A stretch of DNA of 64,000 nucleotides from the human T2T-CHM13v2.0 reference genome, Homo sapiens: the NCBI RefSeq assembly GCF_009914755.1, contig NC_060939.1. One strand, written 5' to 3'. A program made the translations under genes and the position numbers. Under the pieces are notes generated by a model. The model made no database searches and was not told the DNA's origin. It worked only from the letters and a program-made list of their open reading frames with translations. Numbering within the stretch: position 1 is the first letter of the stretch; every line of letters starts with the position of its first letter. Shown here one piece after another: positions 13,419 through 28,548 of this stretch.

Positions 13419-15320
13419 TGTGTGGGAATTATTATTATTATTATTACCACATCCGTGTTAGAAGTAAAAAAGATCAAGGCACAAACAGCTTAAATGGTTG
13501 CCCAAGCTTACACAGGTAATAAGAAATACAGCCGGGATTCAAACCCAGGAAGCCTAACTCCAGAATCTATATACTCTTAATGTCCACAGCATACTATCCA
13601 AACTCAATAAATGTCCATCGAGGAAGACAAAAAACCATCATGATACACAAGCCTAAGCTTTCTACCATCAGGAGGAGCCAGCACTGTGGAGAGGGTCTGC
13701 TTCTGATGCACCTGAGAGCACAAACTTCACAGAGGACTTGCAATCCACAGGGCAGATCTGACTCAGGCCCAGTCCTCTCCAGAGGAGCCGCCCCAATTAG
13801 TGGTTTCCTGAAATACAGACCTCGTGGCATGACCAGTCAGCACCAATTCATCCCCACCCACAGGTTTTTTTCCACTTGGCCATTACTATCCCCATTAAAC
13901 CTTTAGCAATATGTACTCGTCCTCTTCTTCCAGTTGTCATCATATGCTTCATTTCATGAAGGCAACTCCTGGAGCCGCGTTCACAGCTGTCCCAAATAAA
14001 GGAGCCACAGCTGAATAAGCAGCCAGATGCATCCAGCCATCAGGTGATACAGCCTCAGGCTGCTCCATTCCCTCTGGCTCTCACGACTGGCAAGCTGGAG
14101 GGCCAGGCTCATGAAATTCACATATTCCCACTGACTGCATTAGTTACTGTGGTAACAGATGTCACAGAAATAGGAAGTCACAGTCATCAAGTTTCTATGT
14201 CCTATAAATATATGAACAAATGCTCAACCTTGTTGGTAAACAAATAAATATTGATAAAGCAGTAATGTATCAATTTTTTGTCTACTTGTTTCCAAAATGT
14301 TTTCACATTTTTATGTCATGAAACCCGATGTTGTCTAAAAATAAATGTAATCATGAAGTGTTACAATCATTAACAACAAAAATAATAATTACTACTGCTA
14401 GAACTGTTGCTAATATTAACAGTTATCGTATGTGTTCTACGAACCAGGAATTGTGCTAAGCATTTTACCTGACTTACTTTCTCTAATCCATGGAGGTTTT
14501 AACCATAGTATTCCACTTGTAGGACACTTAGGGTCATTAGTTAGGAAAGAGAAAAGCAGACTACCTTTTGGGAGGTTGATTTGGTAGCTGGCATGCAACA
14601 CTAAACGAGTACATCATGGTTTTAATGACTCATTCGTTGAATCCCCCTCCAATAAATTCTGGAATATGTTCAAAGATGTAGATGCAAGTATTCATTACAA
14701 TGTTATTTTAATAGCAAAAATAAATATTAGCTTAAAGGTTCAAAAACATTGAATTTCTTAAATATTATCCATTAATCTTGTAATACTCCATAGTTATTAA
14801 AAAGTTAAGTGAATTATTTTCTTCTGTTTGTGTGTATGCCCTTGTATTTTCTAATTTTTCTACAGAAAACTACAGATACTCCTCAACTTACATTGGGGTT
14901 ATGTCCTGATAAACTGATTGTAAAGTCAAAAAATCATTAAGTCAAACCATCATATGTAGAGGACCATCTCTGGTGTTATTTGCACAATTAAAATAACTTA
15001 TACAAAGTATTCCAGGTTTATGAGCATAACCCTCGGTTCCAATCAAGCATTGATGAGTTGATTTCACTTTACAGACAGATCATGACTACTGTAGATGGAG
15101 TCACAGAGCTGACGCAGTAAAGCCACACAATTAAGACAACCGATTCCATACCCAGAAGGCCCGGTTCAAATCCTAGCTACCATTTACAAGCAGTGGGACC
15201 TGGGGGGGTTATTTTACTACTGTGTCTTGTTTCTTCATCTATATATGGGAATAATGGTGATTCCTACTTCGCAAGGTCATTGTGAGGTTTAGAGTTATTA
15301 AGTATTTGTTCAACGCTTAG

Positions 15321-15689
<369 letters not shown>

Positions 15690-15699
15690 TCATCTTCGC

Positions 15700-18100
<2,401 letters not shown>

Positions 18101-18113
18101 TGTATTTACTATG

Positions 18114-18538
18114 TGCTATGATTTCACTGCCCCCTCCAAAACTCATGTTAAAACATAGCCCACAATGTGGCAATATTTTGAGAGGCAGGGCCTTTAAGAG
18201 GTGATTCGATCAGACAGCCCTGACCTCATGAATAGATTAATTTATTCACGGATTAATGGGTTAGTGGGTTAATGGACTGTCATAGGAGGGAAGCTGGTGG
18301 CTTTATAAGAAGAGGAAGAGAGACCTGTGTTTGCATGTTAGCACACTCAGCCCCTTCACCATACCCCACACCACCTCGGGACTCCTCAGCAAGAAGGCTC
18401 TTACCAGATGGGGTACCTTGATCTTGAACTTCTCAGCCTCCATAACTGCATGGAATAAATCTCTTTTCTTTATGAATTACTCAGAGTCAGGTATCCTGTT
18501 ATAAGCGACATACAACAGGCTAAAACATGCTAAGACAC
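18114..18538 (+). mobile_element. MST-family MaLR solo LTR
   Basis: tgctatg...ccctccaaaactcatgtt ... tcaggtatcctgttataagc...ctaagaca. Confidence 0.8.
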
Positions 18539-20302
18539 TACATTTCTTTATTGTGTCCTTAAGGGCAGAACCGTTTTTCTGCTTTGATACAGTGATGTAA
18601 TTCAAATGCCTAGAAGAGAGCCTGGTGTGTAGGAGATACTCAAGCAATACTTCTTAATAAATGTATACACTTGAAATAAAATTATTTGATGAGTGCCTAC
18701 TATATGACATACTTCCTTCACACATAATTCCATGTAGGAATACCATGCTATAAGGTTTTATACATTAATTATCATTGTATATTTAATATTTACTTATTTC
18801 TGTTCATTCCAAAGTGAATCCTCATTCAAGTACTTAGAAATGTCCCTATATTTATGCTGAAAGAAATTAGCATGGCTCCCAATGAGAGCTGAGATTTCTG
18901 TCAGTTTAATGGTACACAATATTGGTTCTGGAGCTAACTTCCAGGGTTCAAATAGTATTGACTCCTCTCTTTACTAGCTTTGCAGACCAAGTAGAGTTTA
19001 AAATTTCTCTAAGCTACAATATCTTTATCAGCAAAATATGGATAATTACCTACTTCACAGGGTTATAATAAGTATTAAAATTTAATTATTTAATCCATGT
19101 AGAGCATTTAGCTCATTTCCAAGGGCTTGGCAGATGAAAAACACAACGTTCAGTATTGCTTGTATTATCATCAACGAAACATGAAAATACTCACAGTGCA
19201 AGTGCCAGAATACCCATTTGTACCATTTGAGTGCCTAGTATCCTTTCTCTTAGAAATAAATTCATTTGGCAAATATTTTTAAATTATAAAAGCAATGAGA
19301 GCATACTCTATAGAATTTAGGAGACAAAGGAGAATCCACCCTTCTAAGACACTTAGCATTCTGCTATATTTCCTTTTGTTCTTTTTTCCTATACACCTTT
19401 ATCAGTGATTCACATCTGATTTCAAAATTGACCTGGAACTCTTCAGTTATGACTTCCTCAATTTCTGATCCTTATTATAAATTATCAAATAAAATAAATT
19501 AACAGAACTCACAGTTCTTTCTTGCTGACTCAGGCCAGTCCCAGAGTTTGAGATGATCTGCTAGGACCTCAGACAAACACACTGGACGGTTTTCCAGGTA
19601 CATCACAACAGGACAGAATTTTTTTGTCCCTGGTAGAGATGCTTACAGTTCCCAGTCTCCTGCACAGCCTCATTCCTTCAAATACTCTACAGCTGATCTG
19701 AGTTTGGGTGAGGAGGGGAAAATAAGGTGAGAGATTTGGGGAAGGAATACAAAATTTTGTCGGAGAGCCTGTATAGACTGGGGCTGACTCCACAGGTGGA
19801 GGGGTGGGGTGGCGAGAGAAGGCAAGTTAGTGGGAAGGGAGTTGTTGGAGCAGGCTCATATATGAGGGAACTGGCTGTGTCCTTTGTAACCTTAGGCTCT
19901 GGTTATAACCACTGAAAACCAGGCAGCAAGCCACAGTGAAAGAAAATTTGCCATGACCTGGGGAAAGATAAACAGCATTGACACTTTTGTAGAAAGGAGC
20001 CAGCCACTTTCACTTGCTTTGCCACACAGAACTGACTCAATAAATGTCAGCTGTAATCATGCACATTCCAGGAATCTACATTTTTAACATTGTCACAGGT
20101 GATTCGGATACAGTATTTTTCAAAGTATAAACTAGAACGGTGTTCTTCAAACTCTTTTGCTTAAACACTTACTAAGATTTTTCTGAAAAATAACATGCAT
20201 ATTTTTAAGTTGACATCCAAAACTTTTAATTTTCAGTCTAAAAAGCTGCAAAGAATAAATTCTGAGTTTATGAATACTGATACCTTAAAATAAAACTATT
20301 AT

Positions 20303-20633
<331 letters not shown>

Positions 20634-23600
20634 TTAAATGTAGCTAATTGAATCTAAGAACACTGATTTGCCGCCCTGCATCTTCTGTGTTTAAAAATGG
20701 TGTGACCTAATTTGGAGTTAACATTCAGAAGTTTTACATGGTTCTTTTTCATCCCTTCAAACGTTTCAATTTTATTTTTTTCCATGGAATTCATTGAAAA
20801 GTAACACAGTTTTATGCTTGAATATTTTCTATTAATCACCCTGTCATTATTTCTGTGGGATGCAAATAGTAAATAAGTTGTTAAAATGTCCTGTCATCAA
20901 AAGAATTTTAATTTTAGGTTTACTTCTGGACTGAGTTATAATTTTTATTGCATCTAACCTATGAAAACAACACGTAAGATTTAATAATTAGTCAACATAA
21001 AACAGGCGTGTTTTGTATTTTAATAAAGAAGGCTTCCCAGATAAATTATTTGGAATTATCCTTACTTTAAGTCCCTGGGAGTCTTTACACTTGAGCAAAG
21101 TATCATAGACTCATTTGGAATGGGTGAGACTTTCACCTGTTGTTGGAAATTGGATGGAAGTTCCATTTAAACTAAAGAGTACTAATGGAAGCTGAGGATC
21201 TGGAAAAGAATTTGCTCAAAATTATCCAGGGTTCCACGATTTTCTTTGGAGTTTCCTTCTGTGTCCCCCACTTTGAAGACTTCTAATGTAGCACCCTCCT
21301 ATATACAAAATGTGTGGGTATCTTGTTAAAAAGGCAGATTCACAGACTCCCTCCAGATATCTGAATTAAAACAGGCTCCCCAGATTATTTTTGTTTCCCC
21401 ACTGAAGACTGAGAAAAACTGAATTGGGGGATAAAACAAACACACACGATGTTAAACAATATAGTAAGATTTAAATAAAAATTCAATAAAAGAGCTATCA
21501 TAGTCATTATCTGATTGTCAAAAAATTCAGAAAAGGTAATGGGAAAGTGAGATAGCCAAAGCCTTTATAAAGGAAGCAAAACTGGAACTGAGGGAAGGGT
21601 GGGTAGAATTCGAAAGATAAAGGAACAGAGATAATTATTTACCAAGGTTGACAGGTATGAGATATTAATTTGTTGGCTAGATTGGAGCAGTCAATGCCCT
21701 TAGAAAGTATGTGTGGCTCATCACAGAGACCCTGGTAGAATAGCAGTGGGTGATTTTGTCTAAGTGTAGCAAATATGATAATTACTTGTTAAAAACATAA
21801 TAGGTTATTGAGGAAACTTATTTTTTATGTAAATTGTTATTAGACAGCTGGTTTTATGAAACGTTCTGCTGGAAAATTGACCTAGAGCTGAATGTATATT
21901 TTACCCAAGCACTGGATAAACTATAAAAATAATAAAGACTACTATATATCACTTTTAAGCCCTACATCTGCCCCAGGCCAGGCAAATAAATTAGTGTAAA
22001 TTCAAATTATCTCCTTCTGTTCTTTTAATAGCCCTGACAATAGGCTTAGCAAGAAAAGAGGTATGAGCCATCACCTAAAATGAAACCAAGAATATCTACT
22101 GATTTTTATTATCTCTGATTCCATTACCACTCGGTGTCATGAATAATAAAGATTTTGAATGTATCTGTTCATAAGAAAATAGAAGTCATTGGTTGCCTCT
22201 ATCATCTCTCCTCTGGACTACTATTAGAAACCCCAAACTGGCCTTCCTACTTCCCCACCGCCGCCACTCACCTTCCTCCCAGACTCATATCCATCCTTGG
22301 TATTTCTAGAGGAGTCTTACAGTGTTATTCCCTTGCCTAAAACCTTTCAGTGGCTCCCCCAGCTGTCTACAGTCCAAAGTGCTCAGCATGGCATGCCATA
22401 ATCTCCCTCCCCATGGAAGACGTGGCACCATCCCAATCTACAGGCATAATGCCCTTGTGTATCATTTGCTTTGTCTCACGTATATCATTCATAATAAACT
22501 AAAAACAAGTGCTACTCTGTCTTTGCTCTGCACGTTTGCTCTACCCTGCCTCTATCTGACTTACTCAAACTATTGTCTCCCCAAGTCAGCTCCGGAAGCC
22601 TGTCCTAATTACTTATGTAGGACTGATGACAGTCTCCTTTGTGTTCCACTATATGCTAATCACTCTTTCTATAACCGCACCTAGAATGTTTGATTGAACT
22701 TATTTGTGTATTTGTAAACATTCCACCTCTCCCAACCCTACTCTCTGTCACCTAACCCACCTTCACAGTGGCAAAAACAACAAAACAGAAAAAAACCATT
22801 AAGTGCTTGATTCCAAGTACCTGTCAAACTTAGCAGAACCTAGTAGATGCTTAGTAAATATTTGCTACATAAATGATTATTATTTATAACAGTGGAATTA
22901 ATAACAGCACCAATGAATTAGACACTAATAATATGCTAGGTATTACTAAATAAGAGTTAGATATGATCTGGGAGCAATGGTGACTCTGATGTCACAGCCA
23001 TTTACTTGCAATGTCTAAGATTACACGACCAGATAGAATATGTGCTCTAACAAAATCAAGGGAAATCCCCCAGGAGTCATCCTAGCCATGCTATGTAGCT
23101 CAACATACAATAGCATCTTTTTTATCGAAGTTCACTTCTACTTATCTTGAATAGTGGTACAATGAAGGAGTCTTCACATTAAAATAACTTCAGAGATTAG
23201 CACAGAGGACAGATCTGAAAGCCATTTGTTATTGTTTCTATTTTAACAAATCTAGTGCTCTACTACAGAGTCACTGGATACTTTGGTACTTAAAATACAG
23301 AAAATGTCTCCAGTTTCCTTTAGTTCGCCTTATCTTGAATTCAAAAGGTTGATTATTTTGGGCTAAGGCTTTTCCTTATTTAAAATGGCCAGAAAAATCA
23401 GCAAGTCAAATTCAGCATTTCATCATGACCAAATAAAACTCATGTCAAGAATGCAGAGGTGGTTCTAATAAATCTAAAATATAAATCACTAAACAGATTG
23501 AAAAAAAAAAATCACATGAGTCACATGGTCATTTCAAATATACCAGTAATTAAATAATTAAATTCAAACTACTTTTCGTGAAGAATACTTTGAAGCCTAG

Positions 23601-23702
23601 GTCTATGATAGAAGAGTATTAACCAGAAATCTTCAACCCGTAACACCTAACTGGAAAATATCAGAAGGAAACCTTTAAAATCAGGAGTAACACAATAATG
23701 TC

Positions 23703-23864
23703 TACTATTCACTTCTTGTTCAGCTTTCTTTTGACGTTCCTCACCAGTTAAAAAAAAAAAAAAAAGACTGGAAAAAAATAGTTACTATTCACTTCTTTTT
23801 CAGCTTTCTTTCGACGTTCCTCACCAGTAAAAAAAAAAAAAAAAAGACTGGAAAAAAATAGTTA
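23703..23864. repeat. 80-bp tandem duplication
   Basis: tactattcacttct...ccagt(A)n gactggaaaaaaatagt occurs twice with period 80 and 3 mismatches. Confidence 0.93.
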
Positions 23865-23889
23865 ACAATTTGTGTTTTATTTTCTAATG

Positions 23890-25070
23890 TTTACAATCTG
23901 ATTAAAAAATAGGCAAAGGACTTCAATAGACCTTTCTTCCAAGAAGACATACAAATGGCTAATAAGCAAATGAAAAGATGCTCAACCTTACTAATCATTA
24001 GAGGAATGAAAATCAAAACCACATCATCTCATACCCATTAAAACGGCTATTAAAAAAAAACGGTAAATAAGTGTTGTCAAGGATATGAAAAAATTAGAAC
24101 CCTTGTGCATGATTGGCAGAAATATAAATGAGGGAAGATGGAAGTGGCAGTTGTTTAATGCACATAGTGTCAGTTTTGCAAAATGAAAAATTCTGGAGAA
24201 CCATTGTACAACAATATGAACATACACTACTGAACTATGCAATTAAAAATGGGAAAGATAGTAAATTTCACAGTGTTTTTTTTCACCACAGCTAAAAATA
24301 AATTTTAAATCATTAAGATAGTAAACTTCATGTTATGTATATTTTACCACAATAAAAATTAAAAAATAAAACATAAATTGTCATGATGTCTACCTAAAAA
24401 AATCCAATGCTCTCCATTGAAAAGCTAGAACTAATAAGAGCATAAAGTCAGAATTAATAGAAACATAAAAATCAATTGCTTTGGTATATAAATAAAACCA
24501 ATGAGAAAAAATAATGAGAAAAATCCCATTTACAATCAAATATCCAGAAATAAATCTAAGTGTGCAAAAGCTATAAGAAGAAAATGGTACAAGTTTACTG
24601 AAGGTCATAAAAGAAATCTTGCAGAGGCAAGTTATGCTCCTGGATGGGAAGACAGCATTATAAGGTTTCCTTATATTGATCTATAAATTTAATAGAATTC
24701 CAGTAAAAATTACAATAGGATCATTTCATAGCTCTTGAGAAAATGACCTTAAAGCTCATATACAAGAGTGTATGTGCCTAAGCATCCAAACAAAATTTAG
24801 AGGAAAAAAACAAATTGAGGTAATCTGAATGATCAGATATTTAAATAACTTTAAAACTACATTAATTACAAAAACACAGATTTGGCACAATGTTTAGAGA
24901 AATACATCAGCCAAAAATGATAAAAGGTCTATACACAGATCAGCATATAAAAGTGATTTATAAACAAGAGTGTTGGTACTACACAGTCTCAGAGCAAGAG
25001 TGAAGGATTTAGTAAATGGTGTTGGGGCAACTGGTGAACAATTTGGGAAAAACAAAACTGATAATAACAG
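23890..25070 (+). mobile_element. L1M (L1MB/ME-like) fragments
   Basis: gaagacatacaaatggctaataagcaaatgaaaagatgctcaac and related L1 motifs. Confidence 0.6.
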
Positions 25071-26021
25071 CTTACATTACTTTGGTTTCACAAGGAGCCA
25101 GAACTATATCATTAAATACAGAAAAGAACCCCCCAACTTTTTTTTTTTTAAACAAAACACATCCCTGAGGCACAAAAGGGAATTAATTTGCCCAGAGTCA
25201 CACAGCCAGTAGCTGCTGAAGCCTAAAATTTGATTCCATGTCATGGGATTCCATAGCCCCAGCTCCCCAATCATTATAACACACTGCTACCCCTTAACAT
25301 ATCCTTATCCATAACACAAAAACAAATAATGGAAGCGAAATCTAAACATATGCGTGTATATTTAAATACAGACAGTCCCTGACTCAAAATGGTTTGACTT
25401 ATGATGATTTTTCAGGTTTACAATGGTGCAAAAATGGTAGGCATTGGTAGAAACTGTACTTTGAATTTTGATCTCTTCCCTGGTTAGCGCTATGTAGTAC
25501 AATACCCTTTTGAGAAGCTTTTTAGCGAGCCATGGTGCCCAATCACAGGATCACGAAAGTCAACAACTGTTAAATCAACTTTAGCCTAAAGCTGCCTCCT
25601 CCTTACGTTTTCATGTCTTAAATGTTTTTCTATACATCATGAACTATAACAAATGGAGGTGTAAACCGACTGTAGCCCACACCTGTGCCAATCACTGAAT
25701 TTTGGCCAGTCAAATGTAGCCAACTGTTCTGTGTTCAAATAAGACAAATGCCGAGCTGTAACCAACCCAGTTGTTCCTGTGTCTCACTTCCATTTCCTGT
25801 ACATCACTTGCCTTTTGCCGTCTATAACTCTTGTTCCACCATGTGGCTGCGCAAGAATCTCTCTAAATCTGCTGTGATTCTGGGGACTCCCTGATTCACG
25901 AATTGTTCATTGCTCAATTAAACTCCTTTAACTTTAATTTGGCTGAAGTTTTTTTAACAGATGGTGTCAGAAGTGGGATAAAAAGTGGCACCCAGGAGTA
26001 CTGTGTAAACAAGCAAGGTAC

Positions 26022-27819
26022 TGATGGCAGCGGCGGCCTATATGGAGCGGCCACTGCCATGATGCTGGCTGCAGTTGGGGAGGCATGGCCAGGGCTACAT
26101 GCTCCATGCAGCCAGTGGGAGCCAGGAACAGGCAGAAGCCCCACCCCTTCTAAGTTGGCAGGGCACAGCTGCAGCTGCCCAGCCATGGCTGTGGAACCAG
26201 GCATCCCCATGCTCTTGAGGGCCAGAAGCAGACAAAAGCCCCGCCCTCCTGGGTGCAGCTGCAGCTGCCCAAGCCATGGCTGTGGACCTGGGCATCTCTG
26301 CACTCTCAGGGACCCAGGAAGTCCCCCTTTCCCTACAGGCTCAAAGGTGCCTGCTCCCACTGCCCAGCCTCTCCCCTATTCTGGCACCTGCTCTAATCTC
26401 AGTGCACAGTTGAGACCAAGCCCAGGCATTGTCATAACCTAGTTGGGTATCTACACATTCAGGGCAGTGCTGACATGCCAGCCCCCTGGGGCCTTGGTGC
26501 CCTCAAGACTTTGGGCACCAATGAGCATGGGATGGAGGCTGAGGAGGGGCTGAGGGCAGCTTAGCATTGGCCTGCAGGTGCCCCTTGGCACAAACACTCT
26601 AGGTTCCATGAACAGTGGCAAGAGGCAGACAGGTTCCTGGGTGAAAAGGGGTAGGTCCCTAGTGAGGCCCCACCTTCAAGCTGGGGAAGGTCTGAAGCCT
26701 GGAGGTTGGGCTGCCAGTCCCACAGAGCACAGTGGGAACTTATGATGCTTTTTCCAGGCCCACCTATGGCCACCCATGGACCAATCAGCATGTATTTCCT
26801 CTCCTCCGAAGCCCATAAAATCCCAGACTCAGCCAGACTCAAAAAGGGACAACAGGACAACCATCTGTGGAGAGAAACTACCCACCAAAGGGTCTCCTCT
26901 CTGTGAGAGCTGAGAAGATGACAGGATGACCTGCCTGCGGAGAGGAACTACTCACCCCAGGATCTCCTCTCTGCTGAGAGCTGAAAAGGGATGAGAGGAT
27001 GACCAGCTGCAGAGAGGAGCTACCCACCCCAGGGTCACCTCTCTACTGAGAGCTGAAAGGGGATGATGAGATGACCAGCTGCAGGAGCTACACACCCAAG
27101 GGTCTTCTCTCTGCTGAGAGCTGAAAAGACGACAGGATGACCAGCTGTACAGAGGAGCTACCCACTGTAGGTCTCCTCTGAGCTGCTCTATTGTTCAATA
27201 AAGCTCCTCTACACCTTGCTCCCCCCTCCACTTGTCCATATACCTCATTCTTCCTGTTGTGAGACAAGAACTTGGGACCTGCCAAATGGCAGGGCTGAAA
27301 GAGCTGTAACACAAACAGGGCTGAAACATGCCCCTTGCTTGCCACATTGTGGGTGACAAGGAGGAGAGAAAAGAGCTGCCACCCTTCAGGGAGCCCAGAC
27401 CTAGGAGCTCCCCAAGCCAGGGCTGTGACACCTGCTTTGGGGCTCTGCAGTTTCTGGCTTCTCCCAAGATTCCAGGTGCCACCGCATTCCCTGATGCCAG
27501 CCGTGGAAGCTGCTTGTGGTACATAGTCCAGCCATAGCCTCGCAGGGAGTCAGCACCCATGCTCGCACCTGGAGCTGCCCATCCCGCTGCAGCCAGCATG
27601 CCTGGCTGTGGGCAGTGGCTGGACCCCATGCTCACTTGTTTACACACCCTATGCCACTCCACTTGCCCTTGGTAGGCATGGAGTCCAGGCCAGTAGCACC
27701 TCCCGAGGGCAGCCTGCCAGGCTGAGTGGGACCTGCAGTCCAGAGCAAAACTCAGGCAAAAGCACCCCTGGCCACAGAGGTTTCTGGCTGTTAAGAAATA
27801 TCCCAAAAATCCTGTAATT
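26022..27819 (+). mobile_element. MER52 solo LTR nested in the MER57 internal region
   Basis: Starts tgatggcagcggcggcc..ggagcggccactgccat (MER52 5' end); GC-rich; near-TSD gtac/gtat. Confidence 0.8.
26861..27185 (+). repeat. About 70-bp tandem repeat (4-5 copies) inside MER52
   Basis: Unit ccagctgcagagaggagctacccaccccagggtctcctctctgctgagagctgaaaa...ggatga. Confidence 0.85.
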
Positions 27820-28259
27820 GTATCTGCTGGACCCACTTGTCTCCTGTGATCTCTCAGAGGGGCTGGGGATTGCAGTAAGTTGCCTCTTGGATTTCAGAGC
27901 TCCATGGACTTATGTTTTGAGCTATCCAAGTTTCTTCATGTAAATTTCTGTTCCAAACTGGATTTGGAAGCCGTGACAGAAACTGGACTGGGTCCAGGAT
28001 TGAATCTGATCTGGTAATTAACTGGCTTGGATCCAGTTAGAGGCCCTGTACAACTCACTGGGTCAGAAAGAAACTGGTAGTAAATGGTAATACTGCAGGG
28101 GTTGAAAAGTTTGGCTTTTGAAAATTCACAGGGATTTTTGTGTTCTAACCCTTTGTTTCATTTTTCGTGCACATGTAGGTAGGAAAAAAAATCATTGGCT
28201 AAATTAATCAAGGGAACCTGAAAACAAAGCCAATATTTCAAATAAAAACGGGATCCCTT

Positions 28260-28548
28260 CTGCCTGCCTTGGCATCCCAAAGTGCTGGGATTACAGGTGT
28301 GAGCCATCAGGCTTAAGGCTCATTTTTCACTGATTTTCTTGATCTGGCATTTAATTATGAAATAATAAAAGATTCATGGATATTGTTCTTGCCTTGCTGA
28401 AATGTTATTAGCTAAGATTTTAATTTATTATTACTGTTATATAAAATGTATATTATATCACATATAAATATATATTAGTTCTATACTTGTGAAAATATCA
28501 ATCTCTAGAGAAATCATTCGAATAAAAATGTCCTCATGTCAAAAAAAG
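28260..28548 (+). pseudogene. 5'-truncated retrocopy of a polyadenylated RNA 3' end
   Basis: Antisense Alu fragment, AT-rich unique sequence, AATAAA (28521-28526) and A tract, flanked by the direct repeat aaaacgggatccctt / aaaattgggatcctt. Confidence 0.65.

Noticed and set aside
13991-14002. SRF CArG box
   Set aside because: ccaaataaagg has seven A/T between CC and GG, not six.
25962-25979. tRNA-Leu gene fragment
   Set aside because: Only 18 nt complementary to the tRNA 3' end, directly after an LTR: a retroviral primer-binding site.
25903-27836. 179-aa, 148-aa and 213-aa ORFs as retroviral or novel genes
   Set aside because: They lie in the GC-rich MER52 LTR and have no gag/pol/env motifs.
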